NCBI GenBank assembly: GCA_964016885.1
Contig: OZ024740.1
Span: forward strand, 366,544,001 to 366,608,000
Length of the DNA stretch: 64,000 nucleotides
Source of the DNA: Eledone cirrhosa
Taxonomy: Eukaryota
Reading direction: 5' to 3'
Numbering within the stretch: position 1 is the first letter of the stretch; every line of letters begins with the position of its first letter. Positions 14,662-28,129 of this stretch are shown piece by piece. The translations under genes and the position numbers were made by a program. The notes below the pieces were generated by a model. That model made no database searches, had not been told where the DNA came from, and saw only the letters and a list, made by a program, of their open reading frames with translations.

Positions 14662-15136
14662 ATCGATCGACTTTCGTCAAATCGGACCCGTGGAAACAAT
14701 GTTTCCGTTGGTCTTTCCAATTGCTAATACTTACTATCTATCGGTCGCAACTCCAGGTAGAAGGAGCAACGTGAAATAAAGTGTCTTGCTCAAGGACATA
14801 ACGCATCACGCGGTCCAGGAATCGAACTGACAACCTCACGATTGCGAATCCAATTCTCTAACCGATCAGCCAAATGAAAATAAACCAGTTCACTGAAAAG
14901 GTTGTACATAGGTACTTGAGACGAAAAATGCAGACCATAGAGGGAATAATCCATACTAAACGCCTGACATAAAGTTCTGGCAACTTCATAACATCCCATA
15001 TTGAAGGATACTTGCAAAAAAGAAGCAGGTCATCAGTTGACACTAAATGTAAGCCGTGCAAAACAAAGATGAAGAGACTAAACATATAACTTCCATGACA
15101 AACATGTTTGTTTTTGTGGATATTCAAGGTTTAACG

Positions 15137-15204
<68 letters not shown>

Positions 15205-15763
15205 GCCGAGGCAAATGTGATCTTCAGAGCAGTTACTCGGATTGGTAAAAAATAGTAGGCAAATCTCTACCAAATTATACATAGTAACATTAATATATTG
15301 ACACACAACAACCTCAATATACAAACATAGACTAAGGTAGACTCATAGATCAATTTGCACGAATATATTCCGGGAAAGACAGGTATAAGATTTTAAACAG
15401 ACACTCAAACAGCTAGAAATAGCAACCAAAACTCTCTCAAGCCAAGTCTTGAAAAAGGAACGACATTGAACCATGTGCAAAGGAGAGGATGGCCGCCATT
15501 TGAACGCCTCTTATTACATGTCTGCTCGATTTGAACTAACACGGGACTAAACAAATTAGTATTTCGACCTGTTATAAGGTGACCTGTTCTGCCACCTTAA
15601 AAACAGAAGGAAGCATTAGAAAGTGTAGTAACTAGCGCCACCTTTGTCCGAGAAACCAAACTGTTTGGAGTTACTTCACCGTGGCCAGAATATAAGGGAG
15701 TGTTCTGGCGCCTCCCTCTCTCGCAGCTTGACCTTGCTAAGGTAAACACCACTTGTTCTTTTG

Positions 15764-17163
15764 CTCCGCAAGCACGAACAATATGTAACGACAAAACATT
15801 ACTATAGACCTGGCCAACGCCTCAGCCAGTCGACCGTACCTTCTCTTGGAATCTTAATTGGTTTATTTTATTTCTTTTGGCATGCCAGCTTAATCCACCT
15901 CTTCACTTTTGTTAATAAATTATGTAAAATCATGCTAAAGTCTTGGTGATATATATATTATATCTTATTGCTAAAATGGTGATCCCGCGTGTTAATAAAT
16001 CTATATTATATCTTATTGCTAAAATGGTGACCTCGACGGAGGAGTATTTCAGTATGAAATCCTTAAAATTAAAAAAAACAAAAACTTAGCAGTATTTTCA
16101 AAAAATTTCAACACGAACACGCAGCAAAAACAAATCACCATCGCTAAAAATGGAAACAAATACAAACAAACTCTTTCGTTGCAGCAAATTCATCAACAAT
16201 TCATATTAAATTCGCAACCCGAAAGAAAAAAAAAAAAATAATAATAAGGAACAAGCAGACGTATACACTGACACCAAATACGTGGTGAACTTTTAGTTGG
16301 GACACACTTTCTTCCACCTAACGTGGCAATTTCGGACAAAATCATTTCTCCGGCTTCAAGGACACAAACTTTCTCCGACAAACAAAAAAACAGTTTCTCC
16401 AACGAACAATAATATTTTCCTACACCTCACGTGTTGTTTCATCTAAATGTGTCTCACCTTTTTCTCGCTTACTCGTTCAACCAAGCCTTTTCCTTCTTCT
16501 TCATCACATTCACAGTGAGAATCAAATGGCCGACAGCTTCCTCTTCTTCTTTCATTTTCGGTAGCCATCTTGTCTCTTTCGTAATTTTCCCGCGCAAAAT
16601 AATTTTTTTTCAACTTCAATTTCACCTTGTTCTAGCACGTGTGTAGTGCACAATCTCGACTCACTGAGATACACACGTTTTGCTATTTCTTTTCAAGGAC
16701 TTCATCAGCCCAAGTTATTTTTTTGTATTTGCCAGTCAAATATTTGCGACACTACAATGTCGTAAGTTGGGGTTAGTTACATGCTCGTTTCTATGGTCGC
16801 AACTTCATCTGGACTCAAACAGATCAACGCTCAACCGTAACACTGACCATCAATTTTGGCTGTTATTTCTAACACTTTGCGCAACAGTTTTTCTGGGATC
16901 TTCTAACTACTCCGCAAGCACGAACAATACGCAACAACAAAACATTACTACGGACCTGGCCAACGCCTCAGCCAGTCGACCGTACCTTCTCTTGGAATCT
17001 TAATTGGTTTATTTTATTTCTTTTGGCATGCCAGCTTAATCCACCTCTTAACCTTTGTTAATAAATTATGTAAAAACATGCTAAAGTCTTGGTGATATAT
17101 ATATTATACCTTATTGCTAAAATGGTGACCCCGCGTGTTGATAAACCTATATTATATCTTATT
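15764..17163. repeat. Pair of about 255-bp diverged direct repeats (15764-16018, 16910-17163) flanking about 890 bp
   Basis: Both begin ctccgcaagcacgaacaata and run to ctatattatatcttatt; no TG..CA termini or PBS seen. Confidence 0.85.
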
Positions 17164-17331
17164 ACTCAGTGCATTACTGGTACTTTATTTTATCGACCCC
17201 GTAAGGATGAAAGGCAAAGTAAACCAAATCCCGCCAAGGTTAACTTTGCCTTTGATCCTTACGGGGTCGATAAAATAAAGTACCAGTAATGCACTGGGGA
17301 AATTGCTGGCCTTGTGCCAAAAGTAGAAACA
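17164..17331. mobile_element. Fold-back (self-inverted) Nin/Deu-domain SINE with 13-bp TSD
   Basis: Arm 17167-17225 is the reverse complement of 17238-17296; attatatcttatt occurs at 17151-17163 and 17332-17344. Confidence 0.85.
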
Positions 17332-17812
17332 ATTATATCTTATTGCTAAACAAGTGTTATCCCAGATTTATATAAATGTTTGTGGTCATAGATGGAAGGC
17401 GTTCAGTACGAGGGTGTTCAAGCTAGAAATATATACCAAAATTTCCTTCGAATCATATTCTACAGTGTTCAGTATAGGAAACACTGGACAGTCTATTCCT
17501 TGATATGCAAAAAGACTGGATGGACACACCTGAAACACCTTTTAATTAGGCGTTCTGGGCAATGAAAGCTAACTTGGGGCGTAACAGCAAAGTATATTAT
17601 ATTGAGTATATCTTATCTTAAAATAATATACATTTCCATCTGGATTTCTTTCGGTTTGTACTGTGCATGTGTGAATGAGTAGAAGCAAACATAAAAAAAA
17701 AGTTTAAGATTTTGAGGCTTTAAAATTGACTAAAAACGGAAAGCGGACTAGGGAGAAAGGGAATCAACAAAAACGTTTGTGAAGAAGTGGCAGACGCTTG
17801 AGAGATACTACT

Positions 17813-17867
<55 letters not shown>

Positions 17868-17935
17868 AGTATAGACATACAAATGAAGGAGTTCAGCCAA
17901 CATCAATTAGTCAGAACATAATAAAATTATATTTT

Positions 17936-18063
17936 GGAAAAATAAACAAGATAAAGAAAATTTTACCTATTTACTTTGTGTAAAATTCTCCCATTCGAAA
18001 TTATCACTGCAGTCGGGACATCAAAGTAAATAGGTGCTTTTTTCTTTATCTCGTTTATTTTCC
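17936..18063. repeat. Small fold-back element, about 43-bp inverted arms, next to (TA)n
   Basis: ggaaaaataaacaagataaagaaaa..acctatttactttg / caaagtaaataggt..ttttctttatctcgtttattttcc. Confidence 0.75.
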
Positions 18064-18104
18064 CCATATATATATATATATATATATATAGGGAGAGAGA
18101 GAGA

Positions 18105-18191
18105 TGTATTATCCCGACCGCGACTCTAAGCGGTTTCGGCTTGTGTGTTCAGCAAGTCTTTCAAGGTGTACAACCTTGAAAAGGCTTGCTG
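18105..18191 (-). ncRNA. Decayed hammerhead of the U3-A8 core type plus a short inverted partial duplicate
   Basis: Minus strand: cc-UUGAAA-GACUUG..CAAGCC-GAAA-CCGC..GCGG-UC-gg. The inverted plus-strand copy at 18174-18191 keeps ccTTGAAAAggcttg. Confidence 0.6.
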
Positions 18192-18441
18192 TTCGGGATT
18201 TTACGTACCCACTCTGCATATCCCCATGCATTGAGTACTCCCATAATTAGTAGTCTCCCCGATCTCAGCACTGCAAACTCTTTCTATATTTATTTATATA
18301 GTAGCTATAGTTTGGAAAAGATATCCAAGGTAAAGAGCAACTAAAGTCCGTAGGGCGTGTTTTGAACAGCTGGGTCTCCGGACTAACGAAACGAACGTAC
18401 CTGGTATGGCGCGGTTGTAGTAACTGACCTAATAATTACAT

Positions 18442-18703
18442 ATATGTATATGAAATAACCACAGACACACACACACATACATACATATATGTATATGAAA
18501 TAACCACAGACACACACACACACATACATACATACATATATGTATATGAAATAACCACAGACACACACACACACACACATACATACATACATACATGTAT
18601 ATGAAATAACCACAGACACACACACACACACACATACATACATACACACATACATACATACATACATACATACATACATACATACATACATACATACATA
18701 CAT
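18442..18703. repeat. Minisatellite of four variable-length units (tatgaaataaccacagac + (CA)n(CATA)n)
   Basis: gaaataaccacagacac occurs four times between 18452 and 18620. Confidence 0.9.
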
Positions 18704-19237
18704 AAGTTGACGGGACTAGCATAAGATTTCCTTGCTAGTACCGGTTGCATCTCAGCGTACTCGATAGGTGAGGTTATGTAAAAATCCCAGAGTAGACACA
18801 AAATTGCTTCAATAAAACACACGCAAATGGGTACCATAAATCTATACCCGTACTCGAGTTTCGGTCACACTTAACGCAGCAAGAGAGCGTACAGCATCTA
18901 CTGTCTGCATTTGTTATGCATAATCGGCGCAGGCGGCTTCATCAGCGGGTTTCGCCTAATCAATAACCAATCGATCGACAGAATGCGATTCCAGTCCGAG
19001 CCGCCTATGGTAGTAAATACGACAAGCGACACAGTAGTATATTAGTAACTGAAATCCCTACGCATCATCAAAATACCATCCACCGATTGGCCACTGGTTC
19101 AGAAATTTACGTGATGGTAAGAGTCTAAATTCTATTCATTTCACCCTCCATAAGGACTCACCAACATATCTTAAGTCAAACACAAATTAACGAGTGAAAA
19201 AATCGGTTATTATAGAAAATGTCTCGAATCGGTGTGT

Positions 19238-19362
<125 letters not shown>

Positions 19363-19506
19363 TACCCGGCATTCGTGGTCCCGGTTGTTCGGTGAAATTT
19401 CCTTAGAACCTAACTAATGATAGTTCGTGAAAACACCGCATATTTTCGGATTTTCACTCTTCGCGGATGCTCTAGGAGCGTAACCGTCGCGAATACTAGG
19501 GGAGAA

Positions 19507-19540
<34 letters not shown>

Positions 19541-20399
19541 GTGTTTATATATATATATATATATTTATATAGCAAGAGAGAGAGAGAGAGAGAGAAACAA
19601 GAATATGCACTAATTAATCACCATATACAAAAGTCACTGTTAATACCATATATGATATCTTTAAGACAATGTGTTTGTGCTAGTAATTATATTTATACAT
19701 AGAGTGCCTTTTATCAATACATTGTTTAGACGAGTTGAGATATACTCATTCGTACAGCATTCTGTGAGCGGAAGCTATGTATATATATATCTGTGTGTGT
19801 ATGTGTGTGTGTATATATATATATGTATATGTGTATATGGATGTGTATGTATGTATAGATGGATGGGTGTGTGATGTGTGTGTATGTATGTATGTATGCA
19901 TGCGTGTGTCTGTCTGTCTGTCTGTCTGTATGTATGTATGTATGTATGTATGTATGCATGCATGTGTGTGTGTGTATGAATGTATGTATGCATGCATGTA
20001 TGCATGTATCTATGCATGTATGCATGCATACGTGAGTGTGTATGGATGTATGTATGTATGTATGTATGCATGTATGCATGTATCTATGTATGTATGTATG
20101 TATGCATGCATGCGTGAGTGTGTATGAATGTATGCATGTATCTATGTATGCATGCGTGTGTGTGTGTGTGAATGTATGTATGCAATGTGTGGAAATAATA
20201 TATCAAATCGACGAGAGATATCAAATAAATATCAAAATACAGACATCCCTGGCGTTCCGGAAGTATTGCGTGTCTGACAATTTTATCGTAACGTGAAACT
20301 TACTTTCGTGTCATAAAATGTGATGCAAAAAAAAAAAATGAAAGCGAAAAAGAATACCATACACGCGCGTGCAAAGAAACAAATTTGTACTTCTAGATT

Positions 20400-20985
20400 T
20401 TGTCCTTCCCTGCAGAGCCAAATTGGTGTACATGTGGAATGAGATCTCCTGAATATGCAACATGCAGTGAGAGTAGTGACAAATACACCAGTACGAAAGA
20501 GATCAAAAGTATCCTTACTGAAAACAGCTATCCAACTTCTCTCTCCAAACAGTGGGATGCCAAAACATCGCTCGGGGAGAAACTCATCCCTAGATATAGC
20601 ATATACTATCTAAAAATGCTGCATTTTAATTAGTGAACCACAGCTGCTATCCGCCAAGGGTCTGAATATACACCTGGCACACTCAGGATCTTCTCTGAGG
20701 TGACTGGTCTAACAAATCCGACTCACATACACCCTATCTATCCCATCATACATGATACATTGGAAGCACTGTCCAGAATCTACAGAAACGAATAAAAGTA
20801 CACGATGACGAGTAGTTCCTCTGTCAAAAAGCATTTAGACAAATGCCACATCAGTGAGGTCATCATAGACACCCCAGAGAGGAATGCAGGCAATTTGCGA
20901 ACTAAAGAAACCTTTCTTATAAACAGCTATGAGCCAAACACCAACAATGGGTGTGAGCTACATGGAGCAGACTAGCTTTTATGAT
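20400..20985 (+). pseudogene. Highly decayed Penelope-like element C-terminus (GIY-YIG endonuclease)
   Basis: tac att gga agc act gtc cag aat cta cag aaa cga ata aaa gta cac = YIGSTVQNLQKRIKVH; later LRTKETFLINSYEPNTN resembles E...I....P..N. Confidence 0.65.
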
Positions 20986-21410
20986 CGTCCTGCGCATATC
21001 ACATCTTATCTAACGGTTAATCACACACCAAAAAAAAAAAAAAAAAAGATCACAGGAGCAGGATGCTTCGTTTTTCTTCGTTCTTCGTTCGTCGTTTGAA
21101 AGGAAGGTTATAACTTGAAATATGAAATATGTAGGGTAAAAATATTCATTGGTTTTACTTTACTATAATTTAATCTTTACATTTCTATTCGTATGCAGCG
21201 GCTTTCTCAAAAGTTGTTTATTACATATCTCACATTGCTTCATACAAACTATTTTGTAAATCAGTCTTTGTAAAAACTCCGAGTTAGCCCTGTTTGTTGT
21301 TTTTTTAAATAGCAGCATTTCCTCTAAGAGGTCGCGTCAAATATTCTTTCGAAATATTAAAGCCTGGTTTTGATTTTTCTTCTCAGGAAATAAAATCCTA
21401 TGGGGTATAG

Positions 21411-21570
21411 CAGACCTGCCAACCTCTAAAAACCCAAACGGAGAAATGTGGCAAAATGGGGAGATTTTACTTAATGAAAGCTATACCCATTTTGACAAGA
21501 GAAGACATCTCTTACCCACCCAAGGTGGGTGGGATATATCCCCGTCGGACGGGGAGAGTTGACAGGTCTG
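21411..21570 (+). mobile_element. MITE with CAGACCTGYCAAC TIRs; further copies 53515-53711 (+) and 54095-54280 (-)
   Basis: cagacctgccaac...gttgacaggtctg; three homologous copies in the window; TSD unresolved. Confidence 0.8.
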
Positions 21571-21774
21571 GTCAGCGGTGGACTGGTCAGGTTGCCAATG
21601 ACAAGTGGGCCCCAGGGGGCCCACGGTAGCATTGCAAGAGCCCACAGTAGCATTGCAGGGCCCACTGTAGTATTTTAGGGGCCAATGCTTTGCTTTAAAA
21701 AAATACCTGAAATCTAAGAGAAAGAATAAAATCAAAAAAATAATAAATAAAACATCCTACGCATCGGCGTTTCC

Positions 21775-22419
21775 TTGAGGCTCGGCCTCCGGATCTGCGA
21801 GCCACACCAATGTCGCTGCGGATCCACCGTGGAGTCTTTCGGCCTCCACCCGCTTTCCTGTCGCCACAGTGCCGGCCGCCTTACACGCCATGCTGCCCTC
21901 AACGAGGTCATAAAGCATGGCTTGGACGCTGCGGGCTTCCCTTCCCAGCTCGAGCCGGTGGGGCTGGGCCGAGGGGACGGCAAAAGGCCAGATGGCATGA
22001 CCATCATCCTGTTCCGCGGTGGCAAACCCCTCATCTGGGATGCCACTTGCACCGACACTTTCTGCAGCCGCAACCTGGTGCAGTCTGCGACTGACCCAGG
22101 TTCTGCTGCACGTCGGGCTGAGGGGGCCAAACTCCTCAAATACCGGTCGCTCTCCGACAGGTTTGCGGGTGTACCCCTGGCAGTGGAGACTTCTGGTGTC
22201 CTCGGCCCCAGGGCTACCTCCCTACTCACCACTATAGGTGCTGAGCTGGCCAGCCGCAGGTGTGAACTCCGCGAGTTGAAGTGGCTTTTCCAGCGCGTCT
22301 CCCTTGCCGTCCTCCGCGGAAACGCCTTCTCCGTCCTATCCGCAGGGACTGTGTGTGGGGGTGGGGCTGGGGCATCGCGTAACATTCCACATTTAGGTAT
22401 CCAGATTAATGGTTTTTAG
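21775..22419 (+). mobile_element. 5'-truncated CRE-clade non-LTR retrotransposon: zinc-knuckle plus restriction-like endonuclease domain in an open 214-aa frame
   Basis: LRLG..C.C....H.LSC....R..RH..LN, DGKRPDG, LIWDATCTDTF, AE..K..KY, PLAVETSGVLG, LFQRVSLAVLRGNA; GC-rich against flanks. Shorter relatives at 27620-27813 (-), 31430-31780 (-), 53775-53950 (+), 60720-60810 (-). Confidence 0.88.
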
Positions 22420-22767
22420 GGTATTATAATCAGAAGTACACACACAAATCAATAAAACAATTAAGCAAAGCATTTGGTCAACCAATTCCCCAGGGAATTA
22501 CTAGAAACCAAAATATACGATAGTGCACATAGCTGGAATCGGTGGTTGTACATTCTACTAAATCTAAAGCTTAGTGTATTCATTCTTGCATGCAAACATA
22601 CATATATAGACACAGACACACAAGCATATAGTTATATATATATATATATATATTTATATACTTACACACGAACTACTGACCAAATAATATTTGGTATCAA
22701 TGGGTTAAAGACATCTGTCAAATCAATTAGTGGTGAAGGTGGTGTATATATATATATAGAGAGAGAG

Positions 22768-22879
<112 letters not shown>

Positions 22880-22916
22880 TTTGAGTGAGTGTGAAAGACC
22901 AAAGGTCATTAATGAA

Positions 22917-23303
22917 GTGGATTGGCAGTATCGGTAGAGGGTCGGACGCCATGCTTTCCAGCATAGTTACGTCCCTTTACGATCTGAGTTCAAATCCCGC
23001 CGAGGTTGACTTTGCCTTTCATCCTTACGGGGTCGATAAAATAAAGTACCAGTAATGCACTGGATAATTGCTGGCCTTGTGCCTAAAGTAGAAACAATTA
23101 TTGAAAGTTTCTGTGGTGGATTGGTAGTATCGGTAGAGGGTCGGACACCATGATTTGACGCATAGAGTTACGGCCCTTGCCATTCTGAGATCAAATCCGA
23201 TCGAGGTTAACTTTTCCTTTCATCCTTACGGGGTCGATAAAATAAAGTACCAGTAATGTACTGGATAATTGATGGTCTTGTGCCAAAAGTAGAAACAATT
23301 ATT
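22917..23303 (+). mobile_element. Two tandem copies of an about 190-bp tRNA-derived Nin/Deu-domain SINE, the dominant SINE of the window
   Basis: A box tggcagtatcgg, B box gagttcaaatcc, domain gcctttcatccttacggggtcgataaaataaagtaccag, tail gaaacaattatt. Other copies near 11970, 26120, 26318, 28300, 30500, 30830, 34535, 42898, 45190, 57960, 58195, 58375, 59745, 60080, 62390, 62815. Confidence 0.9.
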
Positions 23304-23507
23304 GAAAGTCTCTGGTTTTCGCAAAATATATATTTTTTATTAGAGTAGGTAAGATATTTTTCTGCAAAAATTTGATTGCACTGTCTTGTTTCAACTTATG
23401 TATTTTTTGAAAATGTTATTTATTCATTATAGAAAGAAATGATAGTATTCTATATGTAGGTGGGCCCCCTTCGTCTGGCAACCAACATTTTTAGACTTAG
23501 TCCGCCA

Positions 23508-23577
<70 letters not shown>

Positions 23578-26111
23578 ACTAGAAATTGATTGGCATATAA
23601 ATATATCTAAAATAAACATATGAAACAATCACAGGGGATAATTTGTAAAAGTGTGTAAGCACACACAGCTAGGTAGGTAACTAAATAAAGTTTAACTAGA
23701 ACTTCAAAAATAGATACCTTATAAATTGATTAATCTTCCTTGCATATATTCCATTAAAGAAATATATTTCACCAATTAATCGATTGGTAAACGACAGTAG
23801 CCAGATCCTGGATTTTGAACAAGGAAGAGGACTAACTATCTGTGTTTACGCATCAAATTCAAATCAGCGACTGACCAGTAACACGTGATGTATTTACTAA
23901 AAATACACACATCGTACCAGCTTCGTCCCAGTGGCGTGAATAGGGTTATCGACAACTAGAAATAACAGTCAAGTCCTTTCAACTGAGTTAGCTCTACAAT
24001 TAAGGGGCCGTATTTATATATATCCAAAATTAAGTTAAATTAAGGGTGTCATGTCAGATAGACATGCGTCATATCACCCGTAAAATATGCTCCAAGATTC
24101 CAATGAATAGATCCGATTATTTTATATCAACTAGAAATTGATTGACATATAAATATATCTAAAATAAACATATGAAACAATCACAGGTTAAATGCAAATA
24201 TTCTTATTCTTGGGGAGGGTCATATTGTTGTAATAATATTGCCAGAATTAATAACAGAACACACTCACTGTTTGGTTGGTTTTCGCTTCTGTATCTTTTA
24301 TATCGGTTAATTCATTCGGTCCTCAATATTTACCATTAACTGACCAACGGTCAAAAATACAGATATAATATAGATATAAACACATATATATATAGTCTAA
24401 CAAAGTTCTTTCGTTGCACATCTGCAACATCATTAGTGGTGTTATTATGTTCCTCCTGTTGTATTGTATATTTACGCCATCTTTCTGGTTAGGGTTAGGG
24501 TTAGGGAAAATTAACAGCAGCCTCTGTATTAACTTTGGCAACTTCACCGGTCATTTTAAGATTGTGAAAATTAAAGCCTTTCTTAAACCTTTTTAAAAAG
24601 CCTTAACTATTCAGAAAAGGTTTTACATTAAAAGCTTCATGTTCCTTCTCCTGTAAATCACCATATAAACGGTTAGAATTCGCTTGTATAGCCATCGCAC
24701 AATACGTTTAATCTGACGTCGATTCATACACTTAGGAACCGTTCCATATTAAGCACCACATCAGATATATAAAAAAAATAATATCCAAGCAGTTAATGGA
24801 GTAGCTTCTTGTGCACTTAAGCTAATTTTGTCTTTATTGTCATATTTTGTTCTTGCTGCAGATGTTGCAGACTATAGCGTTTTGGCAATGTGGCTAAGTT
24901 TTTCTCCCGCATCGACATTTTGTAAAAAATCAAACTTAACATTTAATATTTACAACTTCTTTTCGCAACTACTGCCGCTTGGTGGTTTTATTCTAATCAT
25001 CCTGTATAAGCGGAATGTACTAAAATCGAATATCGGCGGTAATAGAAAATAATCCCCAGCAAATAGTAAAATAATACGATCCAATGAAAGGTCTAACTTT
25101 TTACGTGGGCAAAAAATTGTTATCTTATGATGATTGGACAGAAAAATGGAAATGAGAAAATGAAAGTAGTGGATGAATGAGATAGAAAGAAGCACTGTAA
25201 GATTAACATAAGTTTTGTAGCACCAGATTAGTTGAATTGATGCACGTACAAAGAAGGCATGGCGGTGGAGCGGGCAGACGTTGGGGATGGTTTGTATCAG
25301 TAAAAAAAAAAATCAATCAATATGAAGTTCAGAATGGGGAAGTTTATTTGCTGTGAGGATTGTAGAATATAACGTTTTGTTGCTCTTGTTCTTCACGTAG
25401 ATTCGACGAAATCAATTTTATCCTGGAAATGTGTTTTTACTTGTATATAAATATTATATAAAAATGGTTCCTGAACCGAAATAGCTATTTTAATAACTCT
25501 ATAAAAAGACTCAATTAAAAGATATTAGATCAAAGTGCTCACCCACCTTCAACCAACGCTCTCAAAAGCTATACAGGCAAATAAAAGGGTGATTAATTAG
25601 AGGGTCACTTTGGCGACATGAGCAATAGCAGTAAACCCAGAGATCAAAGTAATGTACATATTGTCGCTTAGACCAGATGATAACTTGTTACTAACGAGCA
25701 TTTTTGCTTTTTTATTTCTTTTGAAGCAATGTATCACTAAGTCCGTGTACTCGTCCCTGGGGTGACAACTGATAAATTAAAGGTTGCCAATAAAATAAAA
25801 ATAAAGTCACTTACGAAAATTTATATCTCCCGCATACCAATAAAATGCTTTTGCCATTACCGCTTTAGACGGTCACTCAAACTGCTAGAAATTGCAGCAA
25901 AATCTCTTTCAGATCCTCTAATAACAGAATTGGAGGATGAATTGGATTGAATGCTTTTGATCATAGATCAGTCCAATCAGTCAACTTGGGGCTAAAAGAA
26001 AAAAAAAAAATTAATGTAAAAGGTAATTTACTGAATCCCTCTGAAATTCTTCATTTTTCTATAAAATTTACTGCAATGTAGTGTTTGTGTTAGAAATATG
26101 CGGAGAAAATG

Positions 26112-26515
26112 CTTAAAAATAATAATTGTTTCTACTTTTGGCACAAGGCCAGCAATTGTCCCAGTTCATTACTGGTCTTTTATTTTATCGACCCCGTAAG
26201 GATGAAAGGCAAAGTTAACCTCGGCGGGATTTGAACTCAGAGTGGCAAGTGCCGTAAGTATGCGTCAAAGCATGGCGTCCGACCCTCTACCGATACTGCC
26301 AATCCACCGGCTTAAAAATAATAATTGTTTCTACTTTTTGGCACAAGGCCAGCAATTACCCAGTGCATTACTGGTACTTTATTTTATCGACCCCGTAAGG
26401 ATGAAAGGCAAAGTCAACCTCAGCGGGATTTGAACTCAGATCGTTAAAGGACGTAACTATGCTGGAAAGCATGGCATCCGACCCTCTACCGATACTGCCT
26501 CTTAAAAATAATAAT
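26112..26515 (-). mobile_element. Two Nin/Deu SINE copies separated and flanked by the same 15-bp sequence
   Basis: cttaaaaataataat at 26112, 26311 and 26501. Confidence 0.85.
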
Positions 26516-27165
26516 GATTTCTAACATAGACAGACGATCATAAATTTCAAAGGGGACTACATAGTCATTCAACCTAATAGAAAAGGGAGAATACGTTGAA
26601 TAACCGTTATTTTTATTGCAACAGCCACTATTCTTTCTACCGTGCTAATGGAGCTAAATAACATCAATAAAAACAATAACAGAGAGAGAATTAAATAATA
26701 AACAAAAAAAGACTATCCTCTACTTCTTACCTTTACTACTACAGTTATAGTTGATGTTTAGGACCAAGTCAGTCTAGACTGAGCAAACTTATGATCAAAT
26801 GCATTCCAGCCGTGATCCTCCTATATTTTTCTTTTCTTTACTAGCTATAGTGTACCTACAAGACGTAACTAAGTATCCTTTTATTCAAAGGATAAGGTTA
26901 TTATTTGAGGGACTGATATTTTGTTGCTTTCTATTGCAGGTCGATCGACGATATCATCATTTTGCGGCCTCAGCCTAAATTGACTCAACGATAGATATCC
27001 TCGTAAGTTAGTCCCTCATTGATTTGCCTAGATCCCGAACATCAATACCAGAGTCTCTGGTTATGACATCTTGATAGGAGAGCTTGCAACCACTTTGGCT
27101 TTTGACAGATGCTGGACGCCAAAGCATTAAAATAGATAGCTTCACGAGAAGAGCCATGGCAATTA

Positions 27166-27478
27166 CTCTCGGGTCTTGAATAATCGCCTCACGCCTGCTT
27201 ATTAATTTTTCAAATTTTGTCCAAATCCCTGCCTTTTAAAATGTGACAATTAATTTTCTTTATACATTTAAAAAAACATTATACATGACGACAAAAACCA
27301 AAAAAAAACCAATAACATTCGACCCCATACGTTATAAAATAAATAGGTTAGGTTGGGGGTCTCAGTATGTAAACTAAACGACTAATTCTGGTTTTTAAAA
27401 AATCAATGAAGATAACCTAGAAAAATTAAAGATCCCCCTCTTCGCTTATTCCAATCCCTTATTATTTGGGACCCGAGA
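27166..27478. mobile_element. Possible old DNA-transposon MITE
   Basis: tctcgggtcttgaataat / attatttgggacccgaga imperfect TIRs. Confidence 0.4.
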
Positions 27479-28078
27479 TTTCCTGCAAATCTCTGCCTAC
27501 TTTTTCGCACAATGTCAGAAATAAGATGAAAACATAAAAATTGGAACTCTGTGTTTAGCTAGTATGTATGTATGACTGATAAAATGACAAGTCAGTCAAT
27601 CATATTAGTGGCCTCCCACAGCCCTGGCGGACAGAATGGAGAAGGCAAGGGAGACGCGCTGGAAAAGCCATTCCAGCTCCTGAGGTTCACACCTGCGGCT
27701 GGCCAGCTCAGCGCCTATGGTGGTGAGTAGGGAGTAGCCCTAAGGCCGAGGACACCAGAAGTCTCCACTGCCAAGGGTACAACCATAAACCTGTCGGAGA
27801 GCGACCGGTATTTGAAAATGAGAGAAACTCGTATATTTCTCGAATACGATGCCGTTAGCTCGTGATGGTGTTATTGTGGTTTAACCCCAAATTAAGCTCT
27901 GACCATCCTGTCTTTTACTGTGGGAAGGAAGCCCAAGACTCCGTTATCAAATAATTCCTTTTCTAAAGTGACGAGGTGTGATCTAAGGGAGATTTGGTTA
28001 CTATTTCTTGCAGGTCGAGTAAACGCGTAGAGCCTCCTCGTTTGCTAAGGTATTATCAAACTGTATCGATTTAATAGC

Positions 28079-28129
<51 letters not shown>

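Noticed and set aside
18930-18962. CTGATGA and GAAAC on the minus strand
   Set aside because: GAAA precedes the core by only a few nt, leaving no room for stems I and III.
21732-22385. 217-aa minus-strand ORF
   Set aside because: Antisense shadow of the GC-rich CRE endonuclease frame.
24489-24506. (TTAGGG)3 interstitial telomeric repeat
   Set aside because: Only three units; such short runs are common inside invertebrate transposons and do not indicate a fusion site.
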